64,000 bases of DNA from an uncultured Candidatus Saccharibacteria bacterium (GCA_964583075.1 CAZOUW010000002.1:5915-69914), one strand, 5' to 3'; positions 39,859 to 51,859 are shown, counted from the first letter of the stretch. The notes: generated by a model from the letters alone, not told the origin. Made by a program: numbers and translations.

Positions 39859-41892
39859 TTAGTTTAGGTGAACCACGGATTGTAGTTCTATTATTCGCTT
39901 CTTAATATACGGGTATTGTACCAGATTCTGCTCCTTGCGCATGAACTCTTTTACAGCATTGCGAGCTCGTGCAATAAGTTTTGTGTCTGAAAAATTAGCT
40001 ATTCTTAAATCCAACTGTCCATGCTGCATCATGCCGTAGAGCGCTCCTGCACCCCGTATGTCTAAATCTAGCTGAGCAAGCTTGAAGCCGTCAGTAGTTG
40101 ATTCAATTGCGCGTAACCTCCTTGAAGGTGCGCGTGAGTCGCTCAACATTAAATAACAATACCCTCGTGTTTTTCCCCGACCAACCCGGCCCCGCAGTTG
40201 ATGAAGTTGTGCTAAACCAAAACGCTCAGGCGCTTCAATAATCATTATCGTTGCATTTGGAACATCTACGCCTACTTCAATAACTGTGGTTGCCACCAAA
40301 ATGTCAATGTCTCCATTGACAACTTTTTGCATGATCGTCTGTTTGTCTTCTGTCTTCATCTTTCCGTGCAATATCCCAACCTTAAACTCCTTGAAGTGTT
40401 TTTTCATTTCAATATATGTCGCTTGAGCAGATTTTGCCTCGACTGCATTTGATTCTTCAATCAGAGGACAAACAACAAAAGCCTGACGACCATTTTTTAG
40501 CTCCTCTTCAACACGTTCATATAGTTTAAGCTGATCCGTAGGCTTCACTAAAGCAGTTATTATTGGCAATCTGTCCTTTGGCTTTTGATTCAAGATTGAA
40601 ATATCAAGCTCACCAAAGACAGTCAGCGCAAGACTACGCGGAATCGGTGTTGCAGTCATACTAAGCATATGGGGCACGTGTCCAGACTTGGCCAGTAGCT
40701 TTTTGCGTTGCTCAACGCCAAAACGATGCTGCTCATCAATAACCACGAGCGCTAATTTGCTTAGGTTAACTTTTTCCTGAATCAATGTATGTGTGCCAAC
40801 TATAAACTGGGCTTGACCGTTGCTAATGAAATCATGAGCTCTTTTTTTGTCTTGTGCGCTCATACTGCCAACCAAAAGTATGGTTTTCTCTGCAAAACCC
40901 AAGGGTGTCACTAGATTATAGATTGTCTCTGCATGCTGTCGAGCTAGTAGCTCGGTTGGTGCCATAAAAGCGACCTGATAGCCCTCTGCTAAAGCCATGA
41001 CTGCTCCCATTGCCGCCACAACGGTCTTACCGGCACCAACGTCACCTTCTAGCAGCCTATTCATAACCTTACCTGAGTCCATATCTTGATAGATCTGCCA
41101 AACAGCACGTTTTTGAGCATCGGTGAGCATGAATGGTAGGTGTTTTATGAAAGCTTTGGCATAGTCCTGCTTGAAGGCCACTTTTATACTAGGCTGATCT
41201 GCGATGTCCCGCTTGGAGTGCTGTGCAGCTAGAATAAGTTCAAATAACTCCTCAAACCCTAAGCGTTGATCCGCCAACTTTACATCATTAATGGTGTCGG
41301 GGAAGTGCTTCTTTTTAATTGCATCCTTGCGCGCTATTAGCTGCTCGTCTTTTAGCACATAATCAGGTAATGTCTCTGGTATATAGGTTGCGCTCGTTAT
41401 GACCTCCCTGACAATTTTTCTAATTTGCCTGGACGATAGTCCTTTGGTCTCACGATATACCGGTACTATCCGTGCAGCATTTATTGGAAACGTCGATTCA
41501 AGTTCGATTGACGGGTTAGTAATTGATAACTTGCCGTATCTCAGCTCAAACAAGCCAGAAACAAAATATGACTCGTGCTTTTGTATGCTTGCCGCACGAT
41601 ATGGCTGATTAAACCAAACTAATCGTACACTGCCAGTAGCATCGCTGGCGATGGCCTCAGTAATATGAAGACCGCCCCGTACATATTTCCCAGACGCCTG
41701 CTTAATTTCAGCCTTGATGCTAACGTTACCTGGCTTGATACGGCCTATACTGAGCAGATTGGAGTAGTCTTCATATCGACGCGGATAGTACTCAAGTAAA
41801 TCCTTAACGTTTCTTAGTCCAAGTCTTGCTAATATCGCAGCCGTACTAGGCCCAACTCCACGAACATCACGTAACGATGTATCCAATTGCAT
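39859..41892 (-). CDS. recG: ATP-dependent DNA helicase RecG
   Basis: RLLEGDVGAGKT, DEQHRFGV, TATPIPRSL, QLHQLRGRVGRG. Confidence 0.98.
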   Translation of the reverse strand: MQLDTSLRDVRGVGPSTAAILARLGLRNVKDLLEYYPRRYEDYSNLLSIGRIKPGNVSIKAEIKQASGKYVRGGLHITEAIASDATGSVRLVWFNQPYRAASIQKHESYFVSGLFELRYGKLSITNPSIELESTFPINAARIVPVYRETKGLSSRQIRKIVREVITSATYIPETLPDYVLKDEQLIARKDAIKKKHFPDTINDVKLADQRLGFEELFELILAAQHSKRDIADQPSIKVAFKQDYAKAFIKHLPFMLTDAQKRAVWQIYQDMDSGKVMNRLLEGDVGAGKTVVAAMGAVMALAEGYQVAFMAPTELLARQHAETIYNLVTPLGFAEKTILLVGSMSAQDKKRAHDFISNGQAQFIVGTHTLIQEKVNLSKLALVVIDEQHRFGVEQRKKLLAKSGHVPHMLSMTATPIPRSLALTVFGELDISILNQKPKDRLPIITALVKPTDQLKLYERVEEELKNGRQAFVVCPLIEESNAVEAKSAQATYIEMKKHFKEFKVGILHGKMKTEDKQTIMQKVVNGDIDILVATTVIEVGVDVPNATIMIIEAPERFGLAQLHQLRGRVGRGKTRGYCYLMLSDSRAPSRRLRAIESTTDGFKLAQLDLDIRGAGALYGMMQHGQLDLRIANFSDTKLIARARNAVKEFMRKEQNLVQYPYIKKRIIELQSVVHLN

Positions 41893-41912
41893 ACCCCCAG
41901 TATACAGATAGT

Positions 41913-42710
41913 TTAAGAGGCTTTTTTGACCAAAAAGAAGACACTTGGGCCAAAGTAGGTTTTAGCCAAAGCTGATTGTAGGAAAGTTTCAAGCGAAAGC
42001 ATAACGCTCTGCGGTACAACTTTTTTAAGCGTCGGCGAACGTAAATTGGAAACTGATAGAACTTTATCAACCCTAAGGCCAGCATGAGCCAACTGCTTAA
42101 CAACAGTTTTTGGATTGTGATTTACAAACGCCACTTCATCATCATTTCTATTTTCTGGACTGCGAATATCAACCGGCTCAACTGGCAATTTCTTTAGTCT
42201 TAGTGCGTGTTTTATACGGTTACGGCCATGCGCATAGTTAGCCATCTCAAGTATAATTACCCCCTCGTCCGATAGTACGCGCGCAAGTTCAGCGAATTCA
42301 GTTGATGGATCTGGTAAATGGTGCATCACTCGAATCATAGTTATCAAATCGAGGCTACTATCCTTGAACTTCAAATCATCTGCTTGCATCTTTTTCTGAT
42401 CAATTTCTGGGTAATTTTTTAAGAAATCCTTGGCGATATCCAGCTGTTGTTGACTTGGTTCAGCTAATGTCACCTTATCTGCATACTGCTCAAGCAAAAT
42501 GCAAAGTCGCCCATAGCCACCACCTATGTCGACGGCTGAACCAAAGTGCCTGTCTTTTATAAGTCGGCGTATAGCCATTTCCTCAGCTGCGTGCTCATAG
42601 TCACGACCATTCCAATAATGAAGGTAATTATAGTTGCCGCTATCGTACTGATCTGCTTTCTTCTTCTGATTGTTCGTTTTTTTAATTTCTTTGGTTGTTT
42701 TCTTTGTCAT
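41913..42710 (-). CDS. Class I SAM-dependent methyltransferase
   Basis: VDIGGGYGR motif I, RVMHHLPD; start moved to MTKK at 42710. Confidence 0.85.
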   Translation of the reverse strand: MTKKTTKEIKKTNNQKKKADQYDSGNYNYLHYWNGRDYEHAAEEMAIRRLIKDRHFGSAVDIGGGYGRLCILLEQYADKVTLAEPSQQQLDIAKDFLKNYPEIDQKKMQADDLKFKDSSLDLITMIRVMHHLPDPSTEFAELARVLSDEGVIILEMANYAHGRNRIKHALRLKKLPVEPVDIRSPENRNDDEVAFVNHNPKTVVKQLAHAGLRVDKVLSVSNLRSPTLKKVVPQSVMLSLETFLQSALAKTYFGPSVFFLVKKAS

Positions 42711-42732
42711 ACCAGACCAGTATAACAGCTTT

Positions 42733-43980
42733 CTAGGTGCTAAGTTGGATAACTGCGTTATTGTTTTTACCACGCCTTACAATGACGTGGCCACCATCAA
42801 GTGCATCTCCCACTTCCCAGTTTCTATCCGACTCTAGTGTCTTACCGTTGATATATAAACCACCCTGTTCAAGAAAACGACGCGCTTCTGAGTTAGAAGT
42901 AATAAAGCCTGCTTCTACGAATGATTTCAGAATTGGTTGCCCAACCTCGGCATTAACAAGCGGCAGCTCTTGCTTGAGTGCAACAAAGTCGGCCGACCGT
43001 AAACTATCATAGTTCTCACCTTTAAATAACACGTCTGTAACACGCTGTATTGAATCTGTGGCCTGCTGGCCATGCACAAGCTTGGTTACTTCTCGCGCCA
43101 AGGTCTTTTGAGCAGCACGGCCTGATTTATTTGCCTGAAATTCTCGCATAACCCCGTCTATGGCTGACTTATCTAACTCAGTAAACACCTTTAGATAGTC
43201 TTCGACACCTTCGTCGTCAACGTTAAGCCAGAATTGATAAAAGCTATAAACAGACGTTTTGGTTGGGTTAAGCCAAACTGCGCCATCTTCACTTTTACCA
43301 AATTTCTTACCAGTTGTCTTATTAATAATGAGTGGGCAGGTCAATACATTAACCTCCTCACCTTCAACACGTCGAACCAAATCAACACCTGAGATAGAAT
43401 TCCCCCATTGATCGCTGCCAGCAACCTGTAACTTAACCCCATATTCACGGTAAAGATGCAGGTAGTCATAGCCCTGCAAAAGTGTATAACTGAATTCTGT
43501 ATAACTAATACCGCGACCACCCTCACCTATTCGTTTAGCAATGTAGTCGCGCTGGACAAGTGGCGTCATACTGAAATGTTTACCAGTATCACGCAAAAAT
43601 TCAAGAACGCTCATATCCTTAAACCAGTCTAGGTTATTCGCAAAAGTTGTCTCAGATCCAAAAAGTGTTCTTATCTGGGCAGAAACAGCCGCTACATTAG
43701 CTTCTATTTGTTCTACAGATTGTAACGGACGCTCGCTATCTTTTCCGCCCGGATCCCCAACCAAGCTTGTAGCACCACCAGCTAGTATTACTGGCTGCCA
43801 GCCATGTCTCACAAAAACCTTGTCCATCATGACTGCAGCTAAATTTCCAATCGTTAAAGAGTCAGAGGATGCATCATAGCCATGATAGAATCTCAGCTTG
43901 TTCTCATCTAAGGTTGATAGGTTTTCTATAGTTGTCTGGTTAATAAAACCACGCCAACGGAGCTCTTCGGATAGTGTCAT
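42733..43980 (-). CDS. tyrS: Tyrosyl-tRNA synthetase
   Basis: GYDASSDSLTIGN, EFSYTLLQGYDY, GSDQWGN, KFGKS, S4-like tail. Confidence 0.97.
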   Translation of the reverse strand: MTLSEELRWRGFINQTTIENLSTLDENKLRFYHGYDASSDSLTIGNLAAVMMDKVFVRHGWQPVILAGGATSLVGDPGGKDSERPLQSVEQIEANVAAVSAQIRTLFGSETTFANNLDWFKDMSVLEFLRDTGKHFSMTPLVQRDYIAKRIGEGGRGISYTEFSYTLLQGYDYLHLYREYGVKLQVAGSDQWGNSISGVDLVRRVEGEEVNVLTCPLIINKTTGKKFGKSEDGAVWLNPTKTSVYSFYQFWLNVDDEGVEDYLKVFTELDKSAIDGVMREFQANKSGRAAQKTLAREVTKLVHGQQATDSIQRVTDVLFKGENYDSLRSADFVALKQELPLVNAEVGQPILKSFVEAGFITSNSEARRFLEQGGLYINGKTLESDRNWEVGDALDGGHVIVRRGKNNNAVIQLST

Positions 43981-44100
43981 AAATACATAATATGACAGAT
44001 TTATAAAATAGAGTAGCCCCCAGTAAAAACATAAAAATTATGGCTATAAAACGGCTTCTGTTTGCTATAATACCTTGGTAACAATGGAGAAGACTAATAG

Positions 44101-46899
44101 ATGAATACTTCTAGGCGTCGCGGACGAGTTAGTAAGAATATCTTTACTACTCGCAGCGGTAAAACGGTTAAGGTCAACCGTAGCTTGTCACAGCGTGTAA
44201 AGGGAATGAAGGATAGTAGAGCCTTGCGTAAGGCAGAGCGTCTAAGTGGCATGCCAAAATCTCGAGTCAAACGCTTCTTTTACCGTCTACATCCAAAGCG
44301 TTTAGCTAACTATTGGTTTAGCCGTGAGGGTGGAATCATGGCCCTTAAACTTCTAGGGATCGCATTCATTGCTGGCTTTGTAATGCTGGCTGGACTTTTT
44401 GCATATTTCAGAAAAGATCTGCCTAATCTTCGCGACATCTCTGGTAATAATATTGGTGGCAGCATCCGCTATTATGACCGCACTGGCCAAACACTACTAT
44501 TTGAAGATTATGATGCCGTTAAACGCATCCCCGTTGGCGAAGCAGGCATCAATCAGTACATGAAGGACGCAACCGTCGCCATAGAGGATAAGGATTTCTA
44601 CAAACACGGCGGGTTTGATGTACGCGGTATCATGCGTGCTGGTATCAACAATGTTTTTGGACTTTCCGGTGGTCAGCAAGGTGGCTCTACCATTACACAA
44701 CAGCTCGTCAAGCTTTCTCAGGACTGGACTAAAGACCAGACTTACACACGCAAGGTCAAAGAATTAATATTATCTGTTGAGCTTGAACGTGAATACTCAA
44801 AACAGCAAATTCTAGCCGGATATCTCGATACCGCACCGTATGGGGGTATCGAGTATGGCGTTGAAGCTGCTGCTCGTGATTATTTTGATAAATCCGCCAA
44901 GGATTTGACACTTGATGAAGCAGCTATGTTTGCAGCCATACCAAAATCACCAACCTATTATTCGCCATACAGTAATGACTTTGATCGTGAAGCGTTTATT
45001 GGACGACAACACTATATTCTTGATCAAATGGTCGCCCAAGGCATGATTTCTTCAGAAGATCGTGATGCCGCCAAGCAAGTTGATACAGTTGCAAAAGTTA
45101 AACCACGTAAGCCTAAGTTTGATGGCATTAAGTCACCCTGGTTTGTATTAGCCGCCAAAGAACAGCTTGAAGAGACGCGTGGTCAGGACGCGGTCAAACG
45201 AAGTGGTTGGAAAGTAACTACAACTCTTGACATGGACCTCCAACAAAAGGCTGAGGAGCAAGTTTCCAAAGGGCTTGCCCAAGTTAAGCGACAAGGTGGT
45301 GATGTAGCCGCCATGACCGCAGAAGATGTCAAAACTGGCCAAGTCGTCGCACTTGTAGGTGGTAGTGATTTCTCTAACCCTGATTATGGCCAAAACAACT
45401 ATGCACGTTTGCGTCTGCCACCAGGTTCTAGCTTTAAGCCATACGATTACACGACCCTTATAGAAAATACCGAGAATTCTGGGGCCGGCTCAGTCTTGTA
45501 CGATAGTCAAGGCCCACTTGAAGGTTACCCATGTACCAAAAAAGAGAGACCAAAACAAGGTGGTAATTGTTTGTGGGACTATGACTTTAAATATCCGGGT
45601 GCAATGACGCTACGCTACGCACTCGCTGGTTCGCGCAACGTACCGGCTGTAAAAGCAATGCTCATACCCGGCATAGACAAGACTATTCAAACTGCTGAAA
45701 AACTAGGGCTTAAGAGTGGTTACAAGTGTTACGAAGACGAGTCCCTTACAAAAGAATCTCAATGCTACGCCTCATCTGCCATAGGTGATGGTGCTTACCT
45801 GCGCATGGATGAACATGTTCATGCTTATGCATCGCTATCGCGCAATGGCCTAAACATACCTCAGAGCTACATCCTGAAGATCGAGGACTCCAATAATAAG
45901 GTCGTTGACGAATGGAAGCCAAGTAAAGGCGAACAAGCGGTACGCCCGGAATCAGCCTATATAATCTCTGACATTTTGTCTGACCCGAATGCCAGCTACC
46001 TTTCAACAAAGATTCAAAACTATAAAGGTCATAAATTCTCTGTTAAAACCGGTACTACTAACGACTCTAAGGACGGCTGGATGATGGGATACTCAACTCA
46101 ATATGCGGTTGGTGTTTGGGTTGGCTACCACACTCGACAAAAAGAGATGTCTGGCTTCATGGAAACCATGACCTCACCAATGTGGCGTGGTTGGATGAAT
46201 TCTGTTCATGATAACCTCAAACCAGAGGAACGAGTTAAGCCTGCTGGTATACAAACCGCCACAGCCTATGTTCAAAGAACAAGTCCGAGTGCTGGTGCAC
46301 GCGTACCCGGGCCAGCACAAGATCTATTTCCTTCTTGGTATAAGAATACCCGTAAAGCAAATAATGTTAAACGAGTAATGGACCAGGTATCTGAAAAGTT
46401 AGCAACAGACTGCACACCACCACGTGCTCGCAAAGAAACCAACGACGCAGGTGCTGACGCGTTCTCTAGTGACACATTTGCTGGTGCGGGGGGTACAAGT
46501 AACTCAGAAACTAGTGATAAAGACGATATCCATAAATGCGAAGATATTAAGCCAACTATTACCCTAACAGTTCAGCAAAATGGAGACAGTTACAACTTGA
46601 TTGCTACTGTTGCACAAGGCACCCATCCACTATCGAGCGACAAATTTAAAGGCAACGTTACCTTCTCGGTCGATGGACAAGCCATACCTGGTGGGTCATA
46701 CGAAGTCAGTAGCTCGGGGTCGGTTGTGTACCAAAATTACAAGCCAACTGGAAGTGCAACGATAACCGCCACGGTTGTTGACAGCGTGCTTTACGAAGCA
46801 ACAGACACTAAGACCATTACCCCTAAGGCAGCAACTCTGATGAACTCCCAATCAAACAACTCCAACTCAGAGCGACGAAATCGAAACCGAGACAACTAA
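44101..46899 (+). CDS. Class A penicillin-binding protein (transglycosylase/transpeptidase)
   Basis: EDKDFYKH, GGSTITQQL, RKVKE, SSFK, SRN, KTGT motifs; TGcTATAAT upstream. Confidence 0.95.
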   Translation: MNTSRRRGRVSKNIFTTRSGKTVKVNRSLSQRVKGMKDSRALRKAERLSGMPKSRVKRFFYRLHPKRLANYWFSREGGIMALKLLGIAFIAGFVMLAGLFAYFRKDLPNLRDISGNNIGGSIRYYDRTGQTLLFEDYDAVKRIPVGEAGINQYMKDATVAIEDKDFYKHGGFDVRGIMRAGINNVFGLSGGQQGGSTITQQLVKLSQDWTKDQTYTRKVKELILSVELEREYSKQQILAGYLDTAPYGGIEYGVEAAARDYFDKSAKDLTLDEAAMFAAIPKSPTYYSPYSNDFDREAFIGRQHYILDQMVAQGMISSEDRDAAKQVDTVAKVKPRKPKFDGIKSPWFVLAAKEQLEETRGQDAVKRSGWKVTTTLDMDLQQKAEEQVSKGLAQVKRQGGDVAAMTAEDVKTGQVVALVGGSDFSNPDYGQNNYARLRLPPGSSFKPYDYTTLIENTENSGAGSVLYDSQGPLEGYPCTKKERPKQGGNCLWDYDFKYPGAMTLRYALAGSRNVPAVKAMLIPGIDKTIQTAEKLGLKSGYKCYEDESLTKESQCYASSAIGDGAYLRMDEHVHAYASLSRNGLNIPQSYILKIEDSNNKVVDEWKPSKGEQAVRPESAYIISDILSDPNASYLSTKIQNYKGHKFSVKTGTTNDSKDGWMMGYSTQYAVGVWVGYHTRQKEMSGFMETMTSPMWRGWMNSVHDNLKPEERVKPAGIQTATAYVQRTSPSAGARVPGPAQDLFPSWYKNTRKANNVKRVMDQVSEKLATDCTPPRARKETNDAGADAFSSDTFAGAGGTSNSETSDKDDIHKCEDIKPTITLTVQQNGDSYNLIATVAQGTHPLSSDKFKGNVTFSVDGQAIPGGSYEVSSSGSVVYQNYKPTGSATITATVVDSVLYEATDTKTITPKAATLMNSQSNNSNSERRNRNRDN

Positions 46900-48240
46900 C
46901 TACGTTTTTAAGAAATTATTAAGGGCCTCTCGGACATCTCTTACGGGCGAATGAAATGGGTTCTTCCTGGTCATTGGACCGATGGATCCTTCGAACCCAA
47001 GTTTTTGTGCCTCTTTGATACGTTGGTCAATAAAAGGTACGTGACGTATCTCACCCGCGAGACCAACCTCGCCAAAAACAACTGAGTTACTTTTTAGCTC
47101 CAAGCCCTTAGTAGCTGATCCAATGGCCATACACACAGCTAAGTCCGCTGCTGGTTCTTGAATCCGAATGCCACCAACTATGTTAATGTAAATATCTTTA
47201 TCAGCTAGATTAAGTTTTGTGCGACGTTCAAGCATTGCCACTAAAACATTTAGGCGATTAATCTCTATACCGCTGGCTGTACGTTTTGGGTAACCAAAAC
47301 TGGTCTTGTTCACGAGTGCTTGCACCTCAACCAATATAGGACGCGAGCCCTCCATGGTTGCGAGCACAATTGAGCCGTCTGTGATTTGTCTTTCGGCGAG
47401 AAGCGCCTTTGATGGATTGTCTATAGGTTCAAGCCCGTAGTCTTTCATCTCAAATAGTGCTGTTTCGTTAGTTGATCCATAACGATTTTTCACACTTCTC
47501 AGCACTTTAAATCCCCCATACCGATCACCCTCAAGCTGGAATACACCATCCACAATATGTTCTAAAATTTTTGGCCCGGCAATCGAGCCTTCTTTTGTAA
47601 CGTGGCCAACAATTATCAGGCAAGTCCCTGATTGCTTTGCTGCAGCAGTTAATAAGTGGGTACTGCTGCTAATCTGGCTAACGCTACCGGGTGATGATGT
47701 AACACCCGTACACTGCAATGTCTGAATTGAATCTACAATAACCAATTTGTATTTCGCACGTGAAACTGTAGCTGAGATTTCGTCAGTGACACTACTAGTC
47801 GCAAGATCAACCTTATCAGTTTTAACGCCCAAACGCTTAGCTCGTATCGCCACCTGATGGTCAGACTCCTCTCCACTTACGTACAGAACGGACTGATCTT
47901 GCGATGCAAGCGAGTTACAGATTTGCATTAGCAGAGTGCTTTTTCCGATTCCAGGCTCTCCGGCAAAAAGTAGTACCGCACCCTTTACTATACCGCCGCC
48001 GAGTACACGGTCAATTTCTCCATACTTTATTGGCAGTCGTCCTTCGTTATCTGCCGCAACAGAAACAATTGCCCGTGGTTTCAGAGCACCTGCGCCGTTA
48101 GTCTTCATTAATCCATTTTTTTGCGGGACTACTTCTTCCTCAAGTGTGTTCCATTCGCCACAAACATGACATCGCCCAGACCAAGATGGTGACTCGGCAC
48201 CACAATTGCCACAAATATAGCGCTTCCCTAGCTTTACCAT
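46900..48240 (-). CDS. radA: DNA repair protein RadA/Sms
   Basis: CGNC..CHVC zinc finger, GEPGIGKST, KNRYG. Confidence 0.97.
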   Translation of the reverse strand: MVKLGKRYICGNCGAESPSWSGRCHVCGEWNTLEEEVVPQKNGLMKTNGAGALKPRAIVSVAADNEGRLPIKYGEIDRVLGGGIVKGAVLLFAGEPGIGKSTLLMQICNSLASQDQSVLYVSGEESDHQVAIRAKRLGVKTDKVDLATSSVTDEISATVSRAKYKLVIVDSIQTLQCTGVTSSPGSVSQISSSTHLLTAAAKQSGTCLIIVGHVTKEGSIAGPKILEHIVDGVFQLEGDRYGGFKVLRSVKNRYGSTNETALFEMKDYGLEPIDNPSKALLAERQITDGSIVLATMEGSRPILVEVQALVNKTSFGYPKRTASGIEINRLNVLVAMLERRTKLNLADKDIYINIVGGIRIQEPAADLAVCMAIGSATKGLELKSNSVVFGEVGLAGEIRHVPFIDQRIKEAQKLGFEGSIGPMTRKNPFHSPVRDVREALNNFLKT

Positions 48241-48297
48241 ATCAATAGTCTATCAGATTACTCGACATTATGAGGGACTGGGGTATTCATTTGTAAC

Positions 48298-49257
48298 CTA
48301 AAAACTTTGCGGGCGACTGTCTATAGCCTCTGCAAGATTCTGCACCTCACCTGCTATATTATTACGCTTTTCTACTATTTCGTTATAACTGTTTATAAGC
48401 TTGTCAGCCTCACGAACACTGGCATTATATTGACTGACCTGTTCATTGAATGCAGGCACAGCCTGGTTGTAGCCAGAAACATCACCGCTATTAAGCATTT
48501 TATCTAAACGTCGCTTTCCGCTCGTGAGCGCATTGTACTGCAAGGAAAGTTCGTTTCTATTTGCATCTACTTCGGTTTTGAGCTGTGCTAACTGATTATC
48601 ATAATCGTTTACCTGTTTTTGTCTAGATGAAAATTCCGATTCATACTGATCAGAGAACACAATAATTGCTGCCCGGTTTGAAAAGTACCGTTTATAATAC
48701 GTTTCTAGTTCAGGTGAAAGATCCTTAACTTCTGTGGCAAGTATAGAGTGTAGCTCGTTAGGAACGACTCGGGGATCTTGTTGCCGGTACTTCTCAACAG
48801 TTGATTTGATTCGCTCATTGGTTACCGTTAGAAACGCCGCCTGAGTGAGCTTGTCAACACGCTCACGTTCTATCTTTGAGAGCCTATCGTAAGCTGCATG
48901 GAGCATTTCATGTGCCGCTGTAACCTCTTTCACCCCACTAAGCCTTGAATCTGTGACATCATAAAGGAATATCCCCTTCGCGGGTACATAGCACCCAAGG
49001 ACAATCGACGTTTCTGAGCTACATTCAGCGTTAAACTCCGAAGCAGTGCTGATGGCTGGACGATTCACGTAAAAGATCTTCTTCCCTTCAGGTGTCATCG
49101 TAGTACTATTGGCAAGCGATACGACTACTTGGGGTGGTCTATAATCTCTGAGTCTCCACCAGTCATAAATATCCTGCCGGAAAAACCACACCAACAGTAT
49201 TGTACTGATAGATAATGCAGTAACAATTAGGCCAGCAAATCGACGCAGAAAGTTCAT
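48298..49257 (-). CDS. Membrane-anchored HEXXH (zincin-like) protein with C-terminal coiled coil
   Basis: N-terminal hydrophobic helix, VLGCY, AAHEMLHAAY, NELHSILATE. Confidence 0.7.
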   Translation of the reverse strand: MNFLRRFAGLIVTALSISTILLVWFFRQDIYDWWRLRDYRPPQVVVSLANSTTMTPEGKKIFYVNRPAISTASEFNAECSSETSIVLGCYVPAKGIFLYDVTDSRLSGVKEVTAAHEMLHAAYDRLSKIERERVDKLTQAAFLTVTNERIKSTVEKYRQQDPRVVPNELHSILATEVKDLSPELETYYKRYFSNRAAIIVFSDQYESEFSSRQKQVNDYDNQLAQLKTEVDANRNELSLQYNALTSGKRRLDKMLNSGDVSGYNQAVPAFNEQVSQYNASVREADKLINSYNEIVEKRNNIAGEVQNLAEAIDSRPQSF

Positions 49258-49293
49258 CTGATACTATTATAGACTACTTATGCCTACTATCGA

Positions 49294-51771
49294 TCATTCG
49301 CCAGCAACAGAGTATTCAAGTTTTTTATTCTTTGCACTCACTTCAATAATCGAACCTTTATCATAGCTGCCACTAATTAGCTCGACTGCAATGTGGTCTT
49401 CAAGTGTATCTTGCAACAATCGACGCATAGGACGCACACCATTCAATGAATCGTAGCCATGGTCAAGTAAATAATTCTTAGCGGCAGGTGTTAATTTTAC
49501 ACTTATACCTTGTTTAGCGAGTCGCTCCTTTAGTTCGTTGATTTGAATATCTAAAATACGTAGGATGTTTTGCTTTGTCAGCGCCCGAAAAACAATTGTC
49601 TTGTCAATGCGATTTAACAGTTCTGGACGTAGCATTTTTTTAAGCTGCTCGAGCACTTTATCCTTGTTTGCCTCATGTAACTTATCAAGATCTTTAAGAT
49701 CTGCCTTATCATCCGCACTAAAACCGAGGGAAACTTCCTTCTGTAGTTTATCTGCACCAATATTACTCGTCATGATCACAATCGTATTTGTAAAGTCTAT
49801 CCTGCGACCTTTCGCATCCGTCAGATAACCATCTTCAAGCATTTGCAACAACATGTTAAAAACATCGGGGTGAGCCTTTTCAATTTCATCGAATAATACG
49901 ACGCTATACGGTTGACGACGAATTTTATCCGTCAACTGACCACCGTCATCATAGCCAACATAGCCAGCTGGTGCACCAACAAGACGTGATACATTGTGAT
50001 GTTCCCCAAACTCGCTCATATCAATCTTGACAAGTGACTCTTCTGAACCGAAGAATTCTCGAGCTAAAACCCTCGCCAGCTCAGTTTTACCAACACCAGT
50101 TGGGCCAAGAAATATAAACGAACCAATCGGGCGCTTACCACTACTCACACCAGAGCGATTACGTCGCACTGCCTTGGCAACCGCATGGACAGCTTCGTCC
50201 TGACCAATAACATATTTATCGAGATTTTTCTCCAAGTTAAGGAGATACTTGGCCTCAGAGCGAATAACTTTCTGCACTGGTACACCAGTTGTACGCGCCA
50301 CAATCTCAGCCACGTCATCACTCGTCATTGTCAGCTTTTTGGCTTGTTTCTCAGCAGACTGCAACTTCTTAAGCTCACTATTAATCTGGCTGGCTCGCTG
50401 TTTGTACTGAGCAGCCTTTTCATAGTCCTCATTATCAACTGCTTCTTCAATCTGTGTGTTGATAAGTTTCAGTTCTTTTTTGAGTTTCCGAACTTCAGGT
50501 GGTGTTCTACCTTTATCAATCCTTAGGTGCGCAGCCGTTTCGTCCAGTAAATCAATTGCCTTGTCTGGCATAAAACGGTCATTTATATAGCGATCAGCTA
50601 AATTAACGGTATCTTCAAGCACCTCGTCTGGAATTTTAACACCGTGAAAGGCTTCGTAATGCTTACGTAAGCCCTTTAGGATAGCAATTGTTTCGCTAAT
50701 ATTAGTCTGGGGCACCTGAATTGGCTGAAAGCGTCGCTCGAGGGCGCTATCTTTTTCAATGTGCTTCGTATACTCAGCCGTTGTCGTAGCACCAATAACC
50801 TGAATCTTGCCACGAGCAAGCGCCGGCTTTAAAATATTCCCAGCATCCAGTGCACCTTCAGCTGCACCTGCACCAACAATAAGGTGAAGTTCATCAATAA
50901 AAATAATCGTTCGCTTATCATTCTCAAGCTCGGTCATGACTTTTTTGAGCCGTTCCTCAAACTCACCACGGTATTTCGTACCTGCAATCATGCCAGTTAA
51001 ATCAAGCATGACAATTCGCTTATCGACTAAGCTATCGGGTACATCTTCATTAATAATGCGCTGGGCGAGACCCTCAACAATTGCCGTTTTGCCAACACCA
51101 GGCTCGCCAATAAGAACCGGGTTGTTCTTGGTACGACGATTTAAAATTGTAATAACCCGACGAATTTGCGCCTCACGGCCAACTACTGGATCAAGCTTCC
51201 CAGCACGAGCTTGAGCTGTCAGGTCAGTGCCAAAAAAGTCTAGAGCAGTTTTACGGCGCTGCTTTGTACGCACCCTTCCCTCACCATTACCAGGCTGATC
51301 TTCGTATTGCTGACGATTCAAGAACTGTTCAAGGCCAGTCATAAGTCCATCAACATTAACATTCATATCACGAAGTAGCACTGTTGCTCGGGCATTCTTT
51401 TGGCTCAAAATACTGTATAGAATATGCTCAGTACCACAGAATTCTTGGCTATAATCCTGCGCAATATCATAAGCCATTTTAAGTGTTAACTTAGCTGTTT
51501 CGCTCAAGCCCTTAGCACCCATATTAATTACCATGGTCTTTGGTGTCAGGTTAAGCGCAAGCCGTGCACGATCAAGTGTTATACCGGCATCAGCCAGCAT
51601 TTTTGCACCCATAGAACTCTCTTGAGCGAGTACGCCAAGCAGCAAATGTTCTGTACCAACATATGGGCTACCAGCTGCACGTGCAATACCGTCTGCATGG
51701 CGCAGACTCTGTAACGCGTTCTCAGTTAAATGATTCAAAAAATCTTGGAATTCAGATGAATTTGGTGGCAT
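49294..51771 (-). CDS. clpC: ATP-dependent Clp protease ATPase ClpC
   Basis: Clp-N repeats, GEPGVGKT and GPTGVGKT Walker A motifs, UVR-like linker. Confidence 0.95.
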   Translation of the reverse strand: MPPNSSEFQDFLNHLTENALQSLRHADGIARAAGSPYVGTEHLLLGVLAQESSMGAKMLADAGITLDRARLALNLTPKTMVINMGAKGLSETAKLTLKMAYDIAQDYSQEFCGTEHILYSILSQKNARATVLLRDMNVNVDGLMTGLEQFLNRQQYEDQPGNGEGRVRTKQRRKTALDFFGTDLTAQARAGKLDPVVGREAQIRRVITILNRRTKNNPVLIGEPGVGKTAIVEGLAQRIINEDVPDSLVDKRIVMLDLTGMIAGTKYRGEFEERLKKVMTELENDKRTIIFIDELHLIVGAGAAEGALDAGNILKPALARGKIQVIGATTTAEYTKHIEKDSALERRFQPIQVPQTNISETIAILKGLRKHYEAFHGVKIPDEVLEDTVNLADRYINDRFMPDKAIDLLDETAAHLRIDKGRTPPEVRKLKKELKLINTQIEEAVDNEDYEKAAQYKQRASQINSELKKLQSAEKQAKKLTMTSDDVAEIVARTTGVPVQKVIRSEAKYLLNLEKNLDKYVIGQDEAVHAVAKAVRRNRSGVSSGKRPIGSFIFLGPTGVGKTELARVLAREFFGSEESLVKIDMSEFGEHHNVSRLVGAPAGYVGYDDGGQLTDKIRRQPYSVVLFDEIEKAHPDVFNMLLQMLEDGYLTDAKGRRIDFTNTIVIMTSNIGADKLQKEVSLGFSADDKADLKDLDKLHEANKDKVLEQLKKMLRPELLNRIDKTIVFRALTKQNILRILDIQINELKERLAKQGISVKLTPAAKNYLLDHGYDSLNGVRPMRRLLQDTLEDHIAVELISGSYDKGSIIEVSAKNKKLEYSVAGE

Positions 51772-51832
51772 ATTTATAGACCCTCTTATGTATTTACGTA
51801 CTTATACATACGCTAACTTAAGTTTAGCTTAA

Positions 51833-51859
51833 TTAGCACTCACAAGTCAAGAGTGCTAA
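51833..51859. promoter_or_regulatory. CIRCE (HrcA operator) upstream of clpC
   Basis: Perfect TTAGCACTC-N9-GAGTGCTAA. Confidence 0.93.
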
